This document shows positions 26,437 through 35,378 of a stretch of DNA of 64,000 bases, in pieces; within the stretch, counting starts at the first letter, position 1; every line of letters begins with the position of its first letter. Origin of the DNA: Escherichia phage AV125. Location: sequence record OR352955.1. The stretch is one strand, 5' to 3'. Under the pieces are notes generated by a model. The model did no database searches and was not told the origin of the DNA. It saw only the letters and a list, made by a program, of their open reading frames with translations. Position numbers and translations under genes: made by a program.

Positions 26437-26480
26437 TTGACACCGGATCACGCTTACACTATTATTTATCACGTAGGGCA
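26437..26480 (+). promoter_or_regulatory. early promoter with conserved leader start but no stem-loop (cassette 21)
   Basis: TTGACA 26437; TATTAT 26460; TATCACGTAGGGC leader. Confidence 0.5.
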
Positions 26481-26511
26481 AACAATTTTAAACGGTAAAC
26501 GAGGAATCACC

Positions 26512-26895
26512 ATGAGCAATATCATCAACCTGGCAGCGACTGTAAACGGTAAAGACTTTAACGGCGCTGTAGACCGTGATCCTATGTGGTGCTTGTCAGT
26601 GTTTAAAGGCGATCTGGTTGAAGTTAGAACAACCGAAGGTTATAGCGATGATTATAAATGCGAGATTCATTTACATAATTGGTACACGGGTAAAACTTAT
26701 GCGCTGAATCACGCGTTTATCGGGAAAATTGAATATCGCGAGATGATCGACGATGAAACGGGGCAAGATTTTAGCGAAAACGTTTATATTCGTTCCGAGA
26801 CATTAGCCGAACGTTTGATCGAGAAAATGAAAGCAAAAAATAAAATTAATTTATCTCATTGGATTGATATAACAAATGATCCGGCTTATCAGTAA
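26512..26895 (+). CDS. hypothetical protein (127 aa)
   Basis: Start moved to ATG 26512 after GAGGAA; track start 26437 is the TTG of the -35 box. Confidence 0.55.
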   Translation: MSNIINLAATVNGKDFNGAVDRDPMWCLSVFKGDLVEVRTTEGYSDDYKCEIHLHNWYTGKTYALNHAFIGKIEYREMIDDETGQDFSENVYIRSETLAERLIEKMKAKNKINLSHWIDITNDPAYQ

Positions 26896-26911
26896 ATAAC
26901 ATTTCATACCA

Positions 26912-26937
26912 GGGCGCATCAAGCGCCCTTTCTTTTT
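26912..26937 (+). terminator. intrinsic terminator (copy 2 of repeated terminator)
   Basis: GGGCGC-atcaa-GCGCCC then TTTCTTTTT, identical to 22001-22026. Confidence 0.65.
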
Positions 26938-26999
26938 GCCCGAATAATGTTGATAGCTTTCGCCTATGAAAAACCGACACAGAACAAAACTGAATAAAT

Positions 27000-27420
27000 C
27001 ACGGTATCGAGCTAATCGACCATTAAACGAATAACCATACATCCCAGGGCAACAGGCTGTTAGAGAGCTATTTAGAGCGGTTAAAATCGATCAACAACCA
27101 ACAACAAACCATCAAAAACACCCTTTTACCTCTTTTCTAGTGCAATGATAACCATTATCATCTATCATTGATTATCTATTCAATATAAGTGCATAACTAT
27201 AATGTTGATAATAGTTCGCAACAACTAACCAACAAACAACATAAAACAATAAGCAAACTAATCATAATCAAAGGAATAATAGCAAGATGACTGATAACGA
27301 CAAACAATCAAACCATGATGAATATTAAACAAGATAACGATAACACGACAAAACAACCAACTAACGAACAATAACAAACGAAACCATTAAAAGATCAACT
27401 ATTAGCAAAATAGTGTATAT
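27000..27420. other. noncoding A/C-rich tract, strongly G- and T-depleted on plus strand
   Basis: Long runs such as aaccaacaaacaacataaaacaataagcaaactaatcataatc; no ORF on either strand. Confidence 0.6.
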
Positions 27421-27505
27421 TGCCATAATAGTGACTGAATGAAATCATTACAAAACGAATCATTCCAAGGATCATCATTAGCACGCTACGCCGGACACGT
27501 AGCGA

Positions 27506-27633
27506 GCTAATAATAAGCCAACTACACCCCAACAATCATAACCATCGGTGATGGTTATTTCTTGTTACTGCGTAGCTTGCAATAATTGCAAGCGTAATGA
27601 CGCTTACACTTATTGCGCTGGCTTATTATTAGC
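27506..27633. repeat. 128-bp element bounded by perfect 15-bp inverted repeats, with nested palindromes
   Basis: GCTAATAATAAGCCA (27506-27520) vs TGGCTTATTATTAGC (27619-27633); inside: ATAACCATC-ggt-GATGGTTAT (27538-27558), TTGCAAT-a-ATTGCAA (27577-27591), AAGCGT-aatg-ACGCTT. Confidence 0.6.
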
Positions 27634-28091
27634 ATTATATGTAATTACTAAGATCATAACATTAGCGCAATAACAATAATCATTGTAATAGTTACAAGAT
27701 GAGATCATTAGCAAGATGAATAATTGCACGTAGCAACATGAGCGAATAGCGACAGGTTGCATAGTGTGCACATAGTGTATAAACATACAAGAAAATAAAG
27801 GCTAATCTTTTGGGGGCGAATACTATCGCTACGCGATATGTTGAGCACCTTCTCTTAAACGTAAATAAAATCAGAATAATCTTGATTTATTTTAGTTTTT
27901 ATGTTAATAAACGTTTAAATAATAATCATTCTCATATAAATAATAGTCTGCTTGTCATGAGCGGGATCAGTTGACAATGTTCCGTCATATGATGAAGTTG
28001 CCAAACCATTGATAAATAAGTGTTTGTGTGATTTATAATCAAGTGGCCCACCTTGTCGCTACGTTGGTATGAGCCTTGCATAAGTCATTGA

Positions 28092-28120
28092 ATACGAATG
28101 ATAATTATTCTCATTCGTAT
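28092..28120. promoter_or_regulatory. operator-like inverted repeat sharing the ATGAGAA/TTCTCAT half-site
   Basis: ATACGAATGA-taattattc-TCATTCGTAT; related AATCATTCTCAT at 27924-27935. Confidence 0.45.
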
Positions 28121-28456
28121 GATATTTGGGAATTGTCGCTGCGTGGACCTGACGGCCCGAAAATTCGCGTTAAGCACTTCTTACGTATGCGCCATGATTT
28201 TTGCCATATGATATTGATTCTATTAGATATTCTTGCCATGATTGCCATGAAACAGGGTGTCCCGAAATAATCTCTCCCCGTAGATATTTTGGGTTACTTT
28301 TTATACAAGAGTGGGGTGTCAAAAATAATCGGTATATATAGGATAATTGATAGGAATCCCCTATGATAATTCGATTGTAATTCCCTAAGATTGATCGTAT
28401 GATGTTGGTGATTGATGATTGCCATGAAAGATGGCTAACGATGAGAGGAGATTGTC

Positions 28457-28801
28457 ATGCAAGAGAGTAAAAATGTTCCGTTGAGTAGTTTACGTCTAAT
28501 GAAGTTTTACAAAGCTTGGCTTGCTGGTGAGGTAGAAGGTCACACAACGAGTGGTTTGTGCATATGTTTGATTAAGTATGTAGAGGGAACATACCCTGAT
28601 GAACTGTTACCTCGTCTACAACAAGAGATGAAATCACAGTTTATTGGTGCAGGATTGGATTACAATTTCCCGTTTAATGAAGGTGGTTATGAGGAATACA
28701 CCTTTGAACATAAAAAACATATTTGCCATAAAAACAAACATCGTATACAATGGGTGCTAGATAGAATTCAAGATTATGAAGGAGAGAAAGATGACAAATA
28801 G
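28457..28801 (+). CDS. paralog family A member 1 (114 aa)
   Basis: FYKAWL..GLC..L....EM..QF..AGLDYNFPFN...RIQWV.DRI family signature. Confidence 0.6.
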   Translation: MQESKNVPLSSLRLMKFYKAWLAGEVEGHTTSGLCICLIKYVEGTYPDELLPRLQQEMKSQFIGAGLDYNFPFNEGGYEEYTFEHKKHICHKNKHRIQWVLDRIQDYEGEKDDK

Positions 28802-29159
28802 TATTCCGTTGAGCAGTGCAACATTGCTTCGCTTCTATAAAGCATGGATTGCCAACTATCCTGCAATGAATCGCACAACGAGTGGCTTATGTGGTTGTCT
28901 GGTAGACTATGTAGATGATTTTGTTGGTGATACACCTAGAGAAGAAGATAGAAAATGGCGTGATCATTTGTTGGACCGTTTGAAATATGAAATGAGGAAA
29001 CAATTTACATGTGCAGGACTGGACTACAATCTTCCGTTCAATGCAGATTGCATGGATTACCTTTCAGAGTGTATAAACTTGGCGTGTCATACCAACACGT
29101 TACGTCTTCAGTGGGTGAAAGATCGGATTGAAGATGCAAATAATGCTTGCATTGAATAA
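28791..29159 (+). CDS. paralog family A member 2 (122 aa)
   Basis: Start ATG 28791 after AAGGAGAG; FYKAWI..GLCGCL..EMRKQF..AGLDYNLPFN..RLQWVKDRI. Confidence 0.6.
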   Translation: MTNSIPLSSATLLRFYKAWIANYPAMNRTTSGLCGCLVDYVDDFVGDTPREEDRKWRDHLLDRLKYEMRKQFTCAGLDYNLPFNADCMDYLSECINLACHTNTLRLQWVKDRIEDANNACIE

Positions 29160-29208
29160 AGATGTTTGTATAATGGATGACATAACAGATAGCCAATGAG
29201 GAGATGAA

Positions 29209-29418
29209 ATGAAGAATTTGAAAACTGTCACAATGTTCTTGACTGATCCTACACGTGTGCAAGCACTGGCTAAAGCCAGCCGTGTAGCTGTAGAATTCCA
29301 AAACTTTAAGCCGTCCGTTGTGACAGGCAGTGAAACGTGTGTTATCGATTTCATTAACGAATACTTCCGAGGGAATCCGGTTGGTCGTTACTTTATTAAG
29401 GGTCTGAAGGATGCATAA
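29209..29418 (+). CDS. hypothetical protein (69 aa)
   Basis: ORF track; GAGGAG upstream. Confidence 0.5.
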   Translation: MKNLKTVTMFLTDPTRVQALAKASRVAVEFQNFKPSVVTGSETCVIDFINEYFRGNPVGRYFIKGLKDA

Positions 29419-29641
29419 CATGAAACGCATGAAAATTCGTATTGAGAATGATGGTGGTTATAAAGGATTGGCACATGCAAAATTTCCACTTGTGTTGGAA
29501 GCTACTGTGGAATACAGTGGGCTTGCTCATGTGCGATTCTCGAAGATGATGGAAGTGCAGGAATGGTTTTGGGACGAGATAGATGCACGAGAAGGGGAAG
29601 ATTATGTTTTCTTTCCTCACGAATATGAAATTGTCTATTAA
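29411..29641 (+). CDS. hypothetical protein (76 aa)
   Basis: ORF track. Confidence 0.5.
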   Translation: MHNMKRMKIRIENDGGYKGLAHAKFPLVLEATVEYSGLAHVRFSKMMEVQEWFWDEIDAREGEDYVFFPHEYEIVY

Positions 29642-29653
29642 GGGTTGTGTGCA

Positions 29654-29893
29654 ATGATCACACCACAACAGAATGAAGCAGCAATGGATCTTCTCGATAG
29701 TTTGTATTTCGATAACTGGTACTCTGAATGTGAATGGATGAATATGCAAACTCTGAAAGAGAAGACAGAAGCGTTGATTACAGTAGATCAATTTCTTGCA
29801 GAGACGGAAAGAATGAATTATGATATGGCATCTCGCGCACGACGCGTTTCCATTTTCAATAAAATGTTAGCATTATGGGGAGGTAGAAAATGA
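29654..29893 (+). CDS. hypothetical protein (79 aa)
   Basis: Track ORF 29645 (TTG) shortened to ATG 29654. Confidence 0.45.
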   Translation: MITPQQNEAAMDLLDSLYFDNWYSECEWMNMQTLKEKTEALITVDQFLAETERMNYDMASRARRVSIFNKMLALWGGRK

Positions 29894-30351
29894 GACAACC
29901 ATCTATACTGGAAGCGCATGTGCAATGTGTTGTAGATTATGTCAAAGAACACTCAAGTTTATTAAATGTAACCTGTGCAGTGCAAAATGATGTAGGCATT
30001 GTCTGTGTGCAACATATCTTATCTGAAACTCGTTATGAAGTATTTCGTGCCACGTTGTTTGGATGTGATCGAGTGCATGTAAACTTCCTGGACTCCAATT
30101 ATCGTTATGCTTTAGAAAATATTGATGATTATCTTCCTTGCTCTCCGACAGGATATGTAATGGTAACAGCAAACGAAGTAACACCAAGCAACAGTGAACG
30201 GGAAGCTTTGTTACGGAAGAAAATACGCCAACTGAAAATGCTGATGGAAATGCAAGAAGAGATTGAAAAAGAACTGAAAGAAGATTTTGGTATGCTTCCA
30301 AAAGACGCTTTGAAATGGTATGATGAACTAGGAGGAGAGAGCAATGTTTAA
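29890..30351 (+). CDS. hypothetical protein (153 aa)
   Basis: ATGA overlap; GGAGGTAG upstream. Confidence 0.55.
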   Translation: MRQPSILEAHVQCVVDYVKEHSSLLNVTCAVQNDVGIVCVQHILSETRYEVFRATLFGCDRVHVNFLDSNYRYALENIDDYLPCSPTGYVMVTANEVTPSNSEREALLRKKIRQLKMLMEMQEEIEKELKEDFGMLPKDALKWYDELGGESNV

Positions 30352-30802
30352 AGAAGGTCATGTCTACCGTTTCCAGGATGAGGATTATATGCGACTATAT
30401 TCTACCTTTGATAACAGTATTGCGGCTATCATTGGAGAGAATTTTTTCGAGGTGTTGAGCACTGATGCAAATGGTAATATCTTGTCAATGGTTGTAATAG
30501 GTATGAGAGATGGTATTATCACTGCTGGTGATGGGGATCGTTACATAATCAATTCTGCTCATATAGATTATTTTGTTGACGGTGGTGTTCGTGGTGGTCG
30601 TGGAAAACCCCAAGAAGAACCTGTTGATACAACAAAAGAAGAGTGGTATGTTGTAATGACTGATGACACCTGTATTTCTGGATTTGAAAGTTATGAAGAA
30701 GCTTTGAAAGAAGCAGCAGAGCATAAAATGGCTAATCCTACAGAAGAGGTTGAAGTTTATAAACGTATGGTTGTTGCTACCATCGGTGTATCTTTTGTTT
30801 AA
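30344..30802 (+). CDS. paralog family B member 1 (152 aa)
   Basis: N-terminus MFKEGHVYRF; family MFK.G.VY.F...E...F; C-terminal EVYKRMVVATIGVSF. Confidence 0.55.
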   Translation: MFKEGHVYRFQDEDYMRLYSTFDNSIAAIIGENFFEVLSTDANGNILSMVVIGMRDGIITAGDGDRYIINSAHIDYFVDGGVRGGRGKPQEEPVDTTKEEWYVVMTDDTCISGFESYEEALKEAAEHKMANPTEEVEVYKRMVVATIGVSFV

Positions 30803-30814
30803 AAGGGGAATGTT

Positions 30815-31600
30815 ATGTTTAAAGTAGGTTTTGTTTATAATTTCAAATCGGAAGATACCAAAAAGAATTTTGGTAAAGCTAGTATTGGTAACGCTTTCTT
30901 TGTAGGTTGCATTCAAGATAGCAAGTTTAAAGTTTTGGATGTTGATTTTCTTGGTTCTGTATCTAAGGTGAAGGTATTAGACACAAATAAAATCATCGAA
31001 GCTGGTTCTGGGCTTTTCCCTGAAGGTTATAAGCTTGTAAGTTGTATGGATTATACTCGTTTTGAAGAACATACTCCTGAAGATTATGAAGATTCTCCTA
31101 CAGGAGGCTGTGTCTTTGTAGAAGGTGGTGTCTATAAGTTTGCAAGTGAACAAGATCGTAAGCTTTTCGCCAATTATATTGACGGCGGACAAACGACAAA
31201 CAATGTAAACCGAAAAATTTCCGATCTTATTGGCGATGATCCTTTCGTGATCACAAAGATGGTTGGACAAGATGTAACAGCAATCCGTAGGCTTGTATGT
31301 AATACAAATCATGTAGCAGGTGAAGGCTGGTTCAAGGAAGCTTGTGCGCTGCTAATCAAAAGCGATAACCCTTATTTTAAAAATATTAAAGATGTTGTTG
31401 AGCCTAAACAAGAGGAATCCGCAGCGAATTTTAAACACTATGCTATTGTTAAAGGTATGAATGTCCAACTGGTGTCACATTCTTACGAAGAGATCGCCAC
31501 AGAAGCAAAAAAGATGAAAGAAGAATACCCAATTTCTACTGTTGAGATCTATGAGCGTATTGGTGTTGTTAGTATTGAGCCTACTGCGGTAATAAAATAA
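30815..31600 (+). CDS. paralog family B member 2 (261 aa)
   Basis: MFKVGFVYNFKSED; C-terminal EIYERIGVVSIEPT resembles member 1. Confidence 0.6.
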   Translation: MFKVGFVYNFKSEDTKKNFGKASIGNAFFVGCIQDSKFKVLDVDFLGSVSKVKVLDTNKIIEAGSGLFPEGYKLVSCMDYTRFEEHTPEDYEDSPTGGCVFVEGGVYKFASEQDRKLFANYIDGGQTTNNVNRKISDLIGDDPFVITKMVGQDVTAIRRLVCNTNHVAGEGWFKEACALLIKSDNPYFKNIKDVVEPKQEESAANFKHYAIVKGMNVQLVSHSYEEIATEAKKMKEEYPISTVEIYERIGVVSIEPTAVIK

Positions 31601-31609
31601 GGAGCTATT

Positions 31610-32047
31610 ATGTTCAAAGCTAATGCTGTTTACTGTTTCAAAAGCAAAGCTGCATGTGAAGCTTTCTCTACAATCTCTGATGAAAATTTCAAAATGGCAG
31701 CTTTGATTGAAGGGTCTTGTTTCCGCGTCGAAGATGTTAGTGAATCAGGATCTGTTTGCTCGTTGACTTTATTGGACAGCGGAGATATTATTGAAGCTGG
31801 ACAGTATCCGTTCAGAAGTTGGGAGATATTGTTAGCTCGTGGAGAGCGTAACTTTTTTATGTGCGTGTCTGCGGGGGAAGTTGTGAAAGAAACTAAGGAT
31901 GTTTCTGTTTACAATTCTGAATTTATAAGTTATAGTGAGTATCAACATCTGGAAGGCATTGTTGGTCACTTGTTATCTCTGATTGACATTGAATGTGACT
32001 TGCCTGAATCATTGAAAGAAGAGTTGAAAGCATTAGATCTGCTGTAA
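31610..32047 (+). CDS. paralog family B member 3 (145 aa)
   Basis: MFKANAVYCFKSKA. Confidence 0.55.
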   Translation: MFKANAVYCFKSKAACEAFSTISDENFKMAALIEGSCFRVEDVSESGSVCSLTLLDSGDIIEAGQYPFRSWEILLARGERNFFMCVSAGEVVKETKDVSVYNSEFISYSEYQHLEGIVGHLLSLIDIECDLPESLKEELKALDLL

Positions 32048-32074
32048 TGTTCCGCACAACGAAAGGAGAATAAA

Positions 32075-32374
32075 ATGAATCTGACCGAACAGTTACGCCG
32101 TATTGCAAAAGAAGCTTCCTTCAACTTCCCTGTTGAAGAAGTGATCGAGACATGTTTTGCTGAAGCACGAGCGGGAAACTCTTCAAGAAATTTCACGCCA
32201 TCTGATTTTGGTCTGGATAATTCCCCTACCCACCCAGGGGAGATCTACAATCAGGTGAAGTGGATGGATGAAGCAGTAGCAATTCTTCGTGAGCGTGGGC
32301 TTATTGTTTATAAAGAAATGGATCTGAACGGGGCATACGAGTGGATCACTATTGATTGGTCGGAGGTGAAATAA
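32075..32374 (+). CDS. hypothetical protein (99 aa)
   Basis: AAAGGAGAA upstream. Confidence 0.55.
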   Translation: MNLTEQLRRIAKEASFNFPVEEVIETCFAEARAGNSSRNFTPSDFGLDNSPTHPGEIYNQVKWMDEAVAILRERGLIVYKEMDLNGAYEWITIDWSEVK

Positions 32375-32583
32375 TGGTTACTATCACATTGACAGTTACA
32401 CAAGAGCAAGCAGAAGAATTACGTGATGCAGTGGCATACATGGGACGCTCTTATTATATGCCTTATAAATCACAAGATGTTTTTGCTACAGCCATTGAGA
32501 AAGCTTTAAACAAATATCGAGAAACTCATGCCGTTCCTAAAGTATCGGCGGAAGAGTTTGGCACTTGGCACGAAGTTCACTGA
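32374..32583 (+). CDS. hypothetical protein (69 aa)
   Basis: Start ATG 32374 after GGAGGTG; TAATG overlap. Confidence 0.45.
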   Translation: MVTITLTVTQEQAEELRDAVAYMGRSYYMPYKSQDVFATAIEKALNKYRETHAVPKVSAEEFGTWHEVH

Positions 32584-32593
32584 GGAGGTTTCG

Positions 32594-32827
32594 ATGAAAG
32601 GTAACAAGATGAAAGTTAATCAAGTGCCGAGCGCATACACTTTGTGGCTTGCGCGAGCGTTACACCAGACGATCAAAAACCCTAAGAAGCCAATGAAGAG
32701 CGGGAAGAAGTTTATGTCTAAGGGCAAAACAACCTTTGGCTTCACTCGTATGTCTGTTAAGATGAAAAGACTGGGGTACAAGCCAAACTACGCTCGTTAC
32801 CCTTCTGAATACAACTGGTTTGACTAA
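32594..32827 (+). CDS. small basic protein (77 aa)
   Basis: Start ATG 32594 after GAGGAGG; lysine/arginine-rich. Confidence 0.45.
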   Translation: MKGNKMKVNQVPSAYTLWLARALHQTIKNPKKPMKSGKKFMSKGKTTFGFTRMSVKMKRLGYKPNYARYPSEYNWFD

Positions 32828-32840
32828 AAGGAGGAAGATT

Positions 32841-33017
32841 ATGGCTACTTTTCAACAATTGAAAGATGTTTCACGTTTAGTAAGAAAAATCCGAGAAGCA
32901 GACGCTGCTGTGCGGAATGCATTAACGCCAGCAGAGCGTGAAGATCTTGAAGAGGAGGTTAAAACAGCCGAGAATGCTTTTGCTGTGTATCTTTCAACAC
33001 TGTACACAGGGGGTTAA
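32841..33017 (+). CDS. hypothetical protein (58 aa)
   Basis: Start ATG 32841 after AAAGGAGGAAG. Confidence 0.4.
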   Translation: MATFQQLKDVSRLVRKIREADAAVRNALTPAEREDLEEEVKTAENAFAVYLSTLYTGG

Positions 33018-33332
33018 ATGTCAGAAGAACTTAAAGAATTTTATCAAGCCTATCATAATTGGCTGTTAGCTGGTGCTCCAGATAATAATCCTTTCTGGCA
33101 CGATAAAGGTTTGTGCAGTTGCCTCTATCTTTGGTCTGGTGGTTATGATGACCTAAATTATGAAATGCAAATGCAATTTCGAGAAGCAGGATTGTCTGAA
33201 GAATACCCGTTTGATGACGGAGACTGGTTTAAATATGATTTTGCACAAAGAAACGGGCTATTGCATTTGAATGCTGCCCGTATAAGATGGGTAAAAGATC
33301 ATGCTACACAGGAGGATGTGCAATGCCAATAG
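33018..33332 (+). CDS. paralog family A member 3 (104 aa)
   Basis: FYQAYHNWLLAGAPDNNPF..GLCSCL..EMQMQF..AGL..PF....RIRWVKDH. Confidence 0.6.
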   Translation: MSEELKEFYQAYHNWLLAGAPDNNPFWHDKGLCSCLYLWSGGYDDLNYEMQMQFREAGLSEEYPFDDGDWFKYDFAQRNGLLHLNAARIRWVKDHATQEDVQCQ

Positions 33333-33523
33333 TGTTTAGTTTCTTGGTAATTGTTATGGTTGTTCTTTTCGCGGCATGGCTTTGGGATTTTGACCCAGGA
33401 GCAGCGCAGCAAAGAGCTACAGACTGGAAAGAACAATGTATTGTGCTCAAACATGAACGAAATGCAGAGAAATTTCTTGACCTGGAGTGTGATCGCCTTG
33501 TAAGATACAAGCAAGACAAATAA
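33323..33523 (+). CDS. small membrane-anchored protein (66 aa)
   Basis: Start ATG 33323; MPIVFSFLVIVMVVLFAAWLW transmembrane helix. Confidence 0.45.
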   Translation: MPIVFSFLVIVMVVLFAAWLWDFDPGAAQQRATDWKEQCIVLKHERNAEKFLDLECDRLVRYKQDK

Positions 33524-33537
33524 CCTTGAGGTGCAAA

Positions 33538-33726
33538 ATGGTAATTGAGATTAAACTTGAGTATGCTGGCGCTGTTGCTCTGATCGCACAAATGCTTGGA
33601 GCAAAGATTGAAGAAGTGTATATCAACGCTTGGAGCGTAGAGATTGATGTTCCTATGGACAACATTGCTAATCGCTTGCTGGTGGCAGAGTGTGAACGCA
33701 CCAACATAATCTACAAAGGAGCATAA
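33538..33726 (+). CDS. hypothetical protein (62 aa)
   Basis: Start ATG 33538 after GAGGTG. Confidence 0.4.
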   Translation: MVIEIKLEYAGAVALIAQMLGAKIEEVYINAWSVEIDVPMDNIANRLLVAECERTNIIYKGA

Positions 33727-33727
33727 T

Positions 33728-33949
33728 ATGAAAATTAGAGTTTGTGATGTATTGGGTTATGTTGGTTTTGAGAATGTTCAGATTCCTTTTGTTGTTGAAG
33801 CACATCTTGTTAGTGAGGATATGACAACATTCTTTGTTACGATAGAAGAAATGTCCAAAGTTGAGGGATGGGAGTGGTTTGAAGAAGATGTTTGGGAAGG
33901 TTGTGATTACGTATTCTTCTCTGATGAAGTGAATGTTCTTTCGGAGTAG
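33728..33949 (+). CDS. hypothetical protein (73 aa)
   Basis: ORF track; AAGGAG upstream. Confidence 0.5.
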   Translation: MKIRVCDVLGYVGFENVQIPFVVEAHLVSEDMTTFFVTIEEMSKVEGWEWFEEDVWEGCDYVFFSDEVNVLSE

Positions 33950-33951
33950 GT

Positions 33952-34158
33952 ATGTCTTGTTTTACAAAAGCAGTATCCATATGTAAGAAACAGTATGAAA
34001 GTGATTACGGAATATTTAATATTCCAGCGGATCATACAGAGTATTGTTCATGTGGTGGCAGAATGAAGAAAACAGTGATTTATGCGGATAATGGAGATGA
34101 ACTTGTTCCGGTTATTGTTTGCAAAGCTTGTCATTCTGTTAAAACATTAAAAGCGTAA
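33952..34158 (+). CDS. zinc-ribbon protein (68 aa)
   Basis: CSCGG...CKAC cysteine pairs. Confidence 0.45.
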   Translation: MSCFTKAVSICKKQYESDYGIFNIPADHTEYCSCGGRMKKTVIYADNGDELVPVIVCKACHSVKTLKA

Positions 34159-34253
34159 GGAGTCGGGACACCCGACGATTGGAGCTAAAAATTTTGCGTA
34201 CAACCCTTTTCGCCCAACAGGGGCGCGTCGGGTAAATAAAGAGGAGAGTTTAT

Positions 34254-34652
34254 ATGAAAAAGATCATCGTAGGTTTCTTGTTACTCATTGCATCACTTGG
34301 AACAGCAAATGCGTCTCAAGTTTATGAGTGTGTGTCAGATGTGGTTGTTAAAAATCTGAAAGGTGAAGTGATTTCTGGTCCTAAGAAAATGGCTTCTGTT
34401 GTCATTAATAAAGATAACTCCTTTATCCTTAAAAATTCAGGCGGTGCTTTGATGAGTGGCATTCTGCAATACACAGGAGAAAAAAGTAAAGATGGTAGTG
34501 CTATGTACGGTTCACAACAATTTATTGGCACTACTGAAGTTGTGATGATGCGCACAGAGTATCGAGACACTTTGGCTTGGTTTGCATTTCTAAAAAATGA
34601 TAAAACAATAACGAATGTTCTTACTCTAGAAGCTGATTGTACGCAACGATAA
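34254..34652 (+). CDS. predicted secreted protein (132 aa)
   Basis: Signal-peptide-like MKKIIVGFLLLIASLGTANA. Confidence 0.55.
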   Translation: MKKIIVGFLLLIASLGTANASQVYECVSDVVVKNLKGEVISGPKKMASVVINKDNSFILKNSGGALMSGILQYTGEKSKDGSAMYGSQQFIGTTEVVMMRTEYRDTLAWFAFLKNDKTITNVLTLEADCTQR

Positions 34653-34662
34653 GGGAGTATTT

Positions 34663-35109
34663 ATGACTAAAGTGCGACATTATGCTGTAAACTGCAATGA
34701 TGTTTGGCGTTTGTGTCCTGATGATCCGACAGAAGGCACATTTGTAAGATATGAGGATTATAAAGAGTTATCGGATGCTGTGATCGCATTGTTAACTGAT
34801 ATCCGTTCACGTTATCCAGGACAAGATTTCACTTGCCCTCACATCAAACTTCTTGCTTGTCTGGTAGAAGGTGAGAAAGAAGTGGAAGATGGCTTCAAGC
34901 GTGTAGAGTATCAAGGTGAAACTTTAGAGGTTCCTGAATTTGTTAATTATATTGCAACAGATTCGAGTGGCGAGCGTTATGGCTACAGCCATAAGCCAGA
35001 GATTCCTGATTGGATTCCCGCTTGGAGATATTCCGTTAGTACCGGAGACTATATCTTCCTTGGTGTAGGTAGTAGTAAGGATTGGCGTTTCTCTTTGACA
35101 GAGGTTTAA
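34663..35109 (+). CDS. hypothetical protein (148 aa)
   Basis: ORF track; AAGGGAG upstream. Confidence 0.55.
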   Translation: MTKVRHYAVNCNDVWRLCPDDPTEGTFVRYEDYKELSDAVIALLTDIRSRYPGQDFTCPHIKLLACLVEGEKEVEDGFKRVEYQGETLEVPEFVNYIATDSSGERYGYSHKPEIPDWIPAWRYSVSTGDYIFLGVGSSKDWRFSLTEV

Positions 35110-35113
35110 TAAT

Positions 35114-35377
35114 ATGGAAGAAACATTGCCAGCAGCATATCGTTTGAATGATGAGCGTATTTGGGAGTGGACCGACGTTTCTTGTTTTTACCCTGAAATA
35201 GTTCAATATTGGCGAGCGAAAGGGTGTGTTGTAGTTATCAACCCTTGTGGACCAGTAGATGAAGATTGCTTGTATCTCGATGGGAAGTGGCACAGTTATT
35301 GTCGCTGGGCTTTTGAGTGGATGTGTAAAGAAGATCTCCCAGAGGGTTGGGAGTATCCAAAAGCAAATAGGAGATAA
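35114..35377 (+). CDS. hypothetical protein (87 aa)
   Basis: ORF track. Confidence 0.5.
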   Translation: MEETLPAAYRLNDERIWEWTDVSCFYPEIVQYWRAKGCVVVINPCGPVDEDCLYLDGKWHSYCRWAFEWMCKEDLPEGWEYPKANRR

Positions 35378-35378
35378 T

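Noticed and set aside
26851-27042. Minus-strand 63 aa ORF overlapping the early-array terminator
   Set aside because: Overlaps the intrinsic terminator hairpin and the A/C-skewed tract; no ribosome-binding site.
28076-28270. 64 aa ORF in the 26.9-28.5 kb noncoding region
   Set aside because: Spans the ATACGAATGA...TCATTCGTAT palindrome and direct repeats, has no ribosome-binding site and an atypical composition; more likely regulatory DNA.
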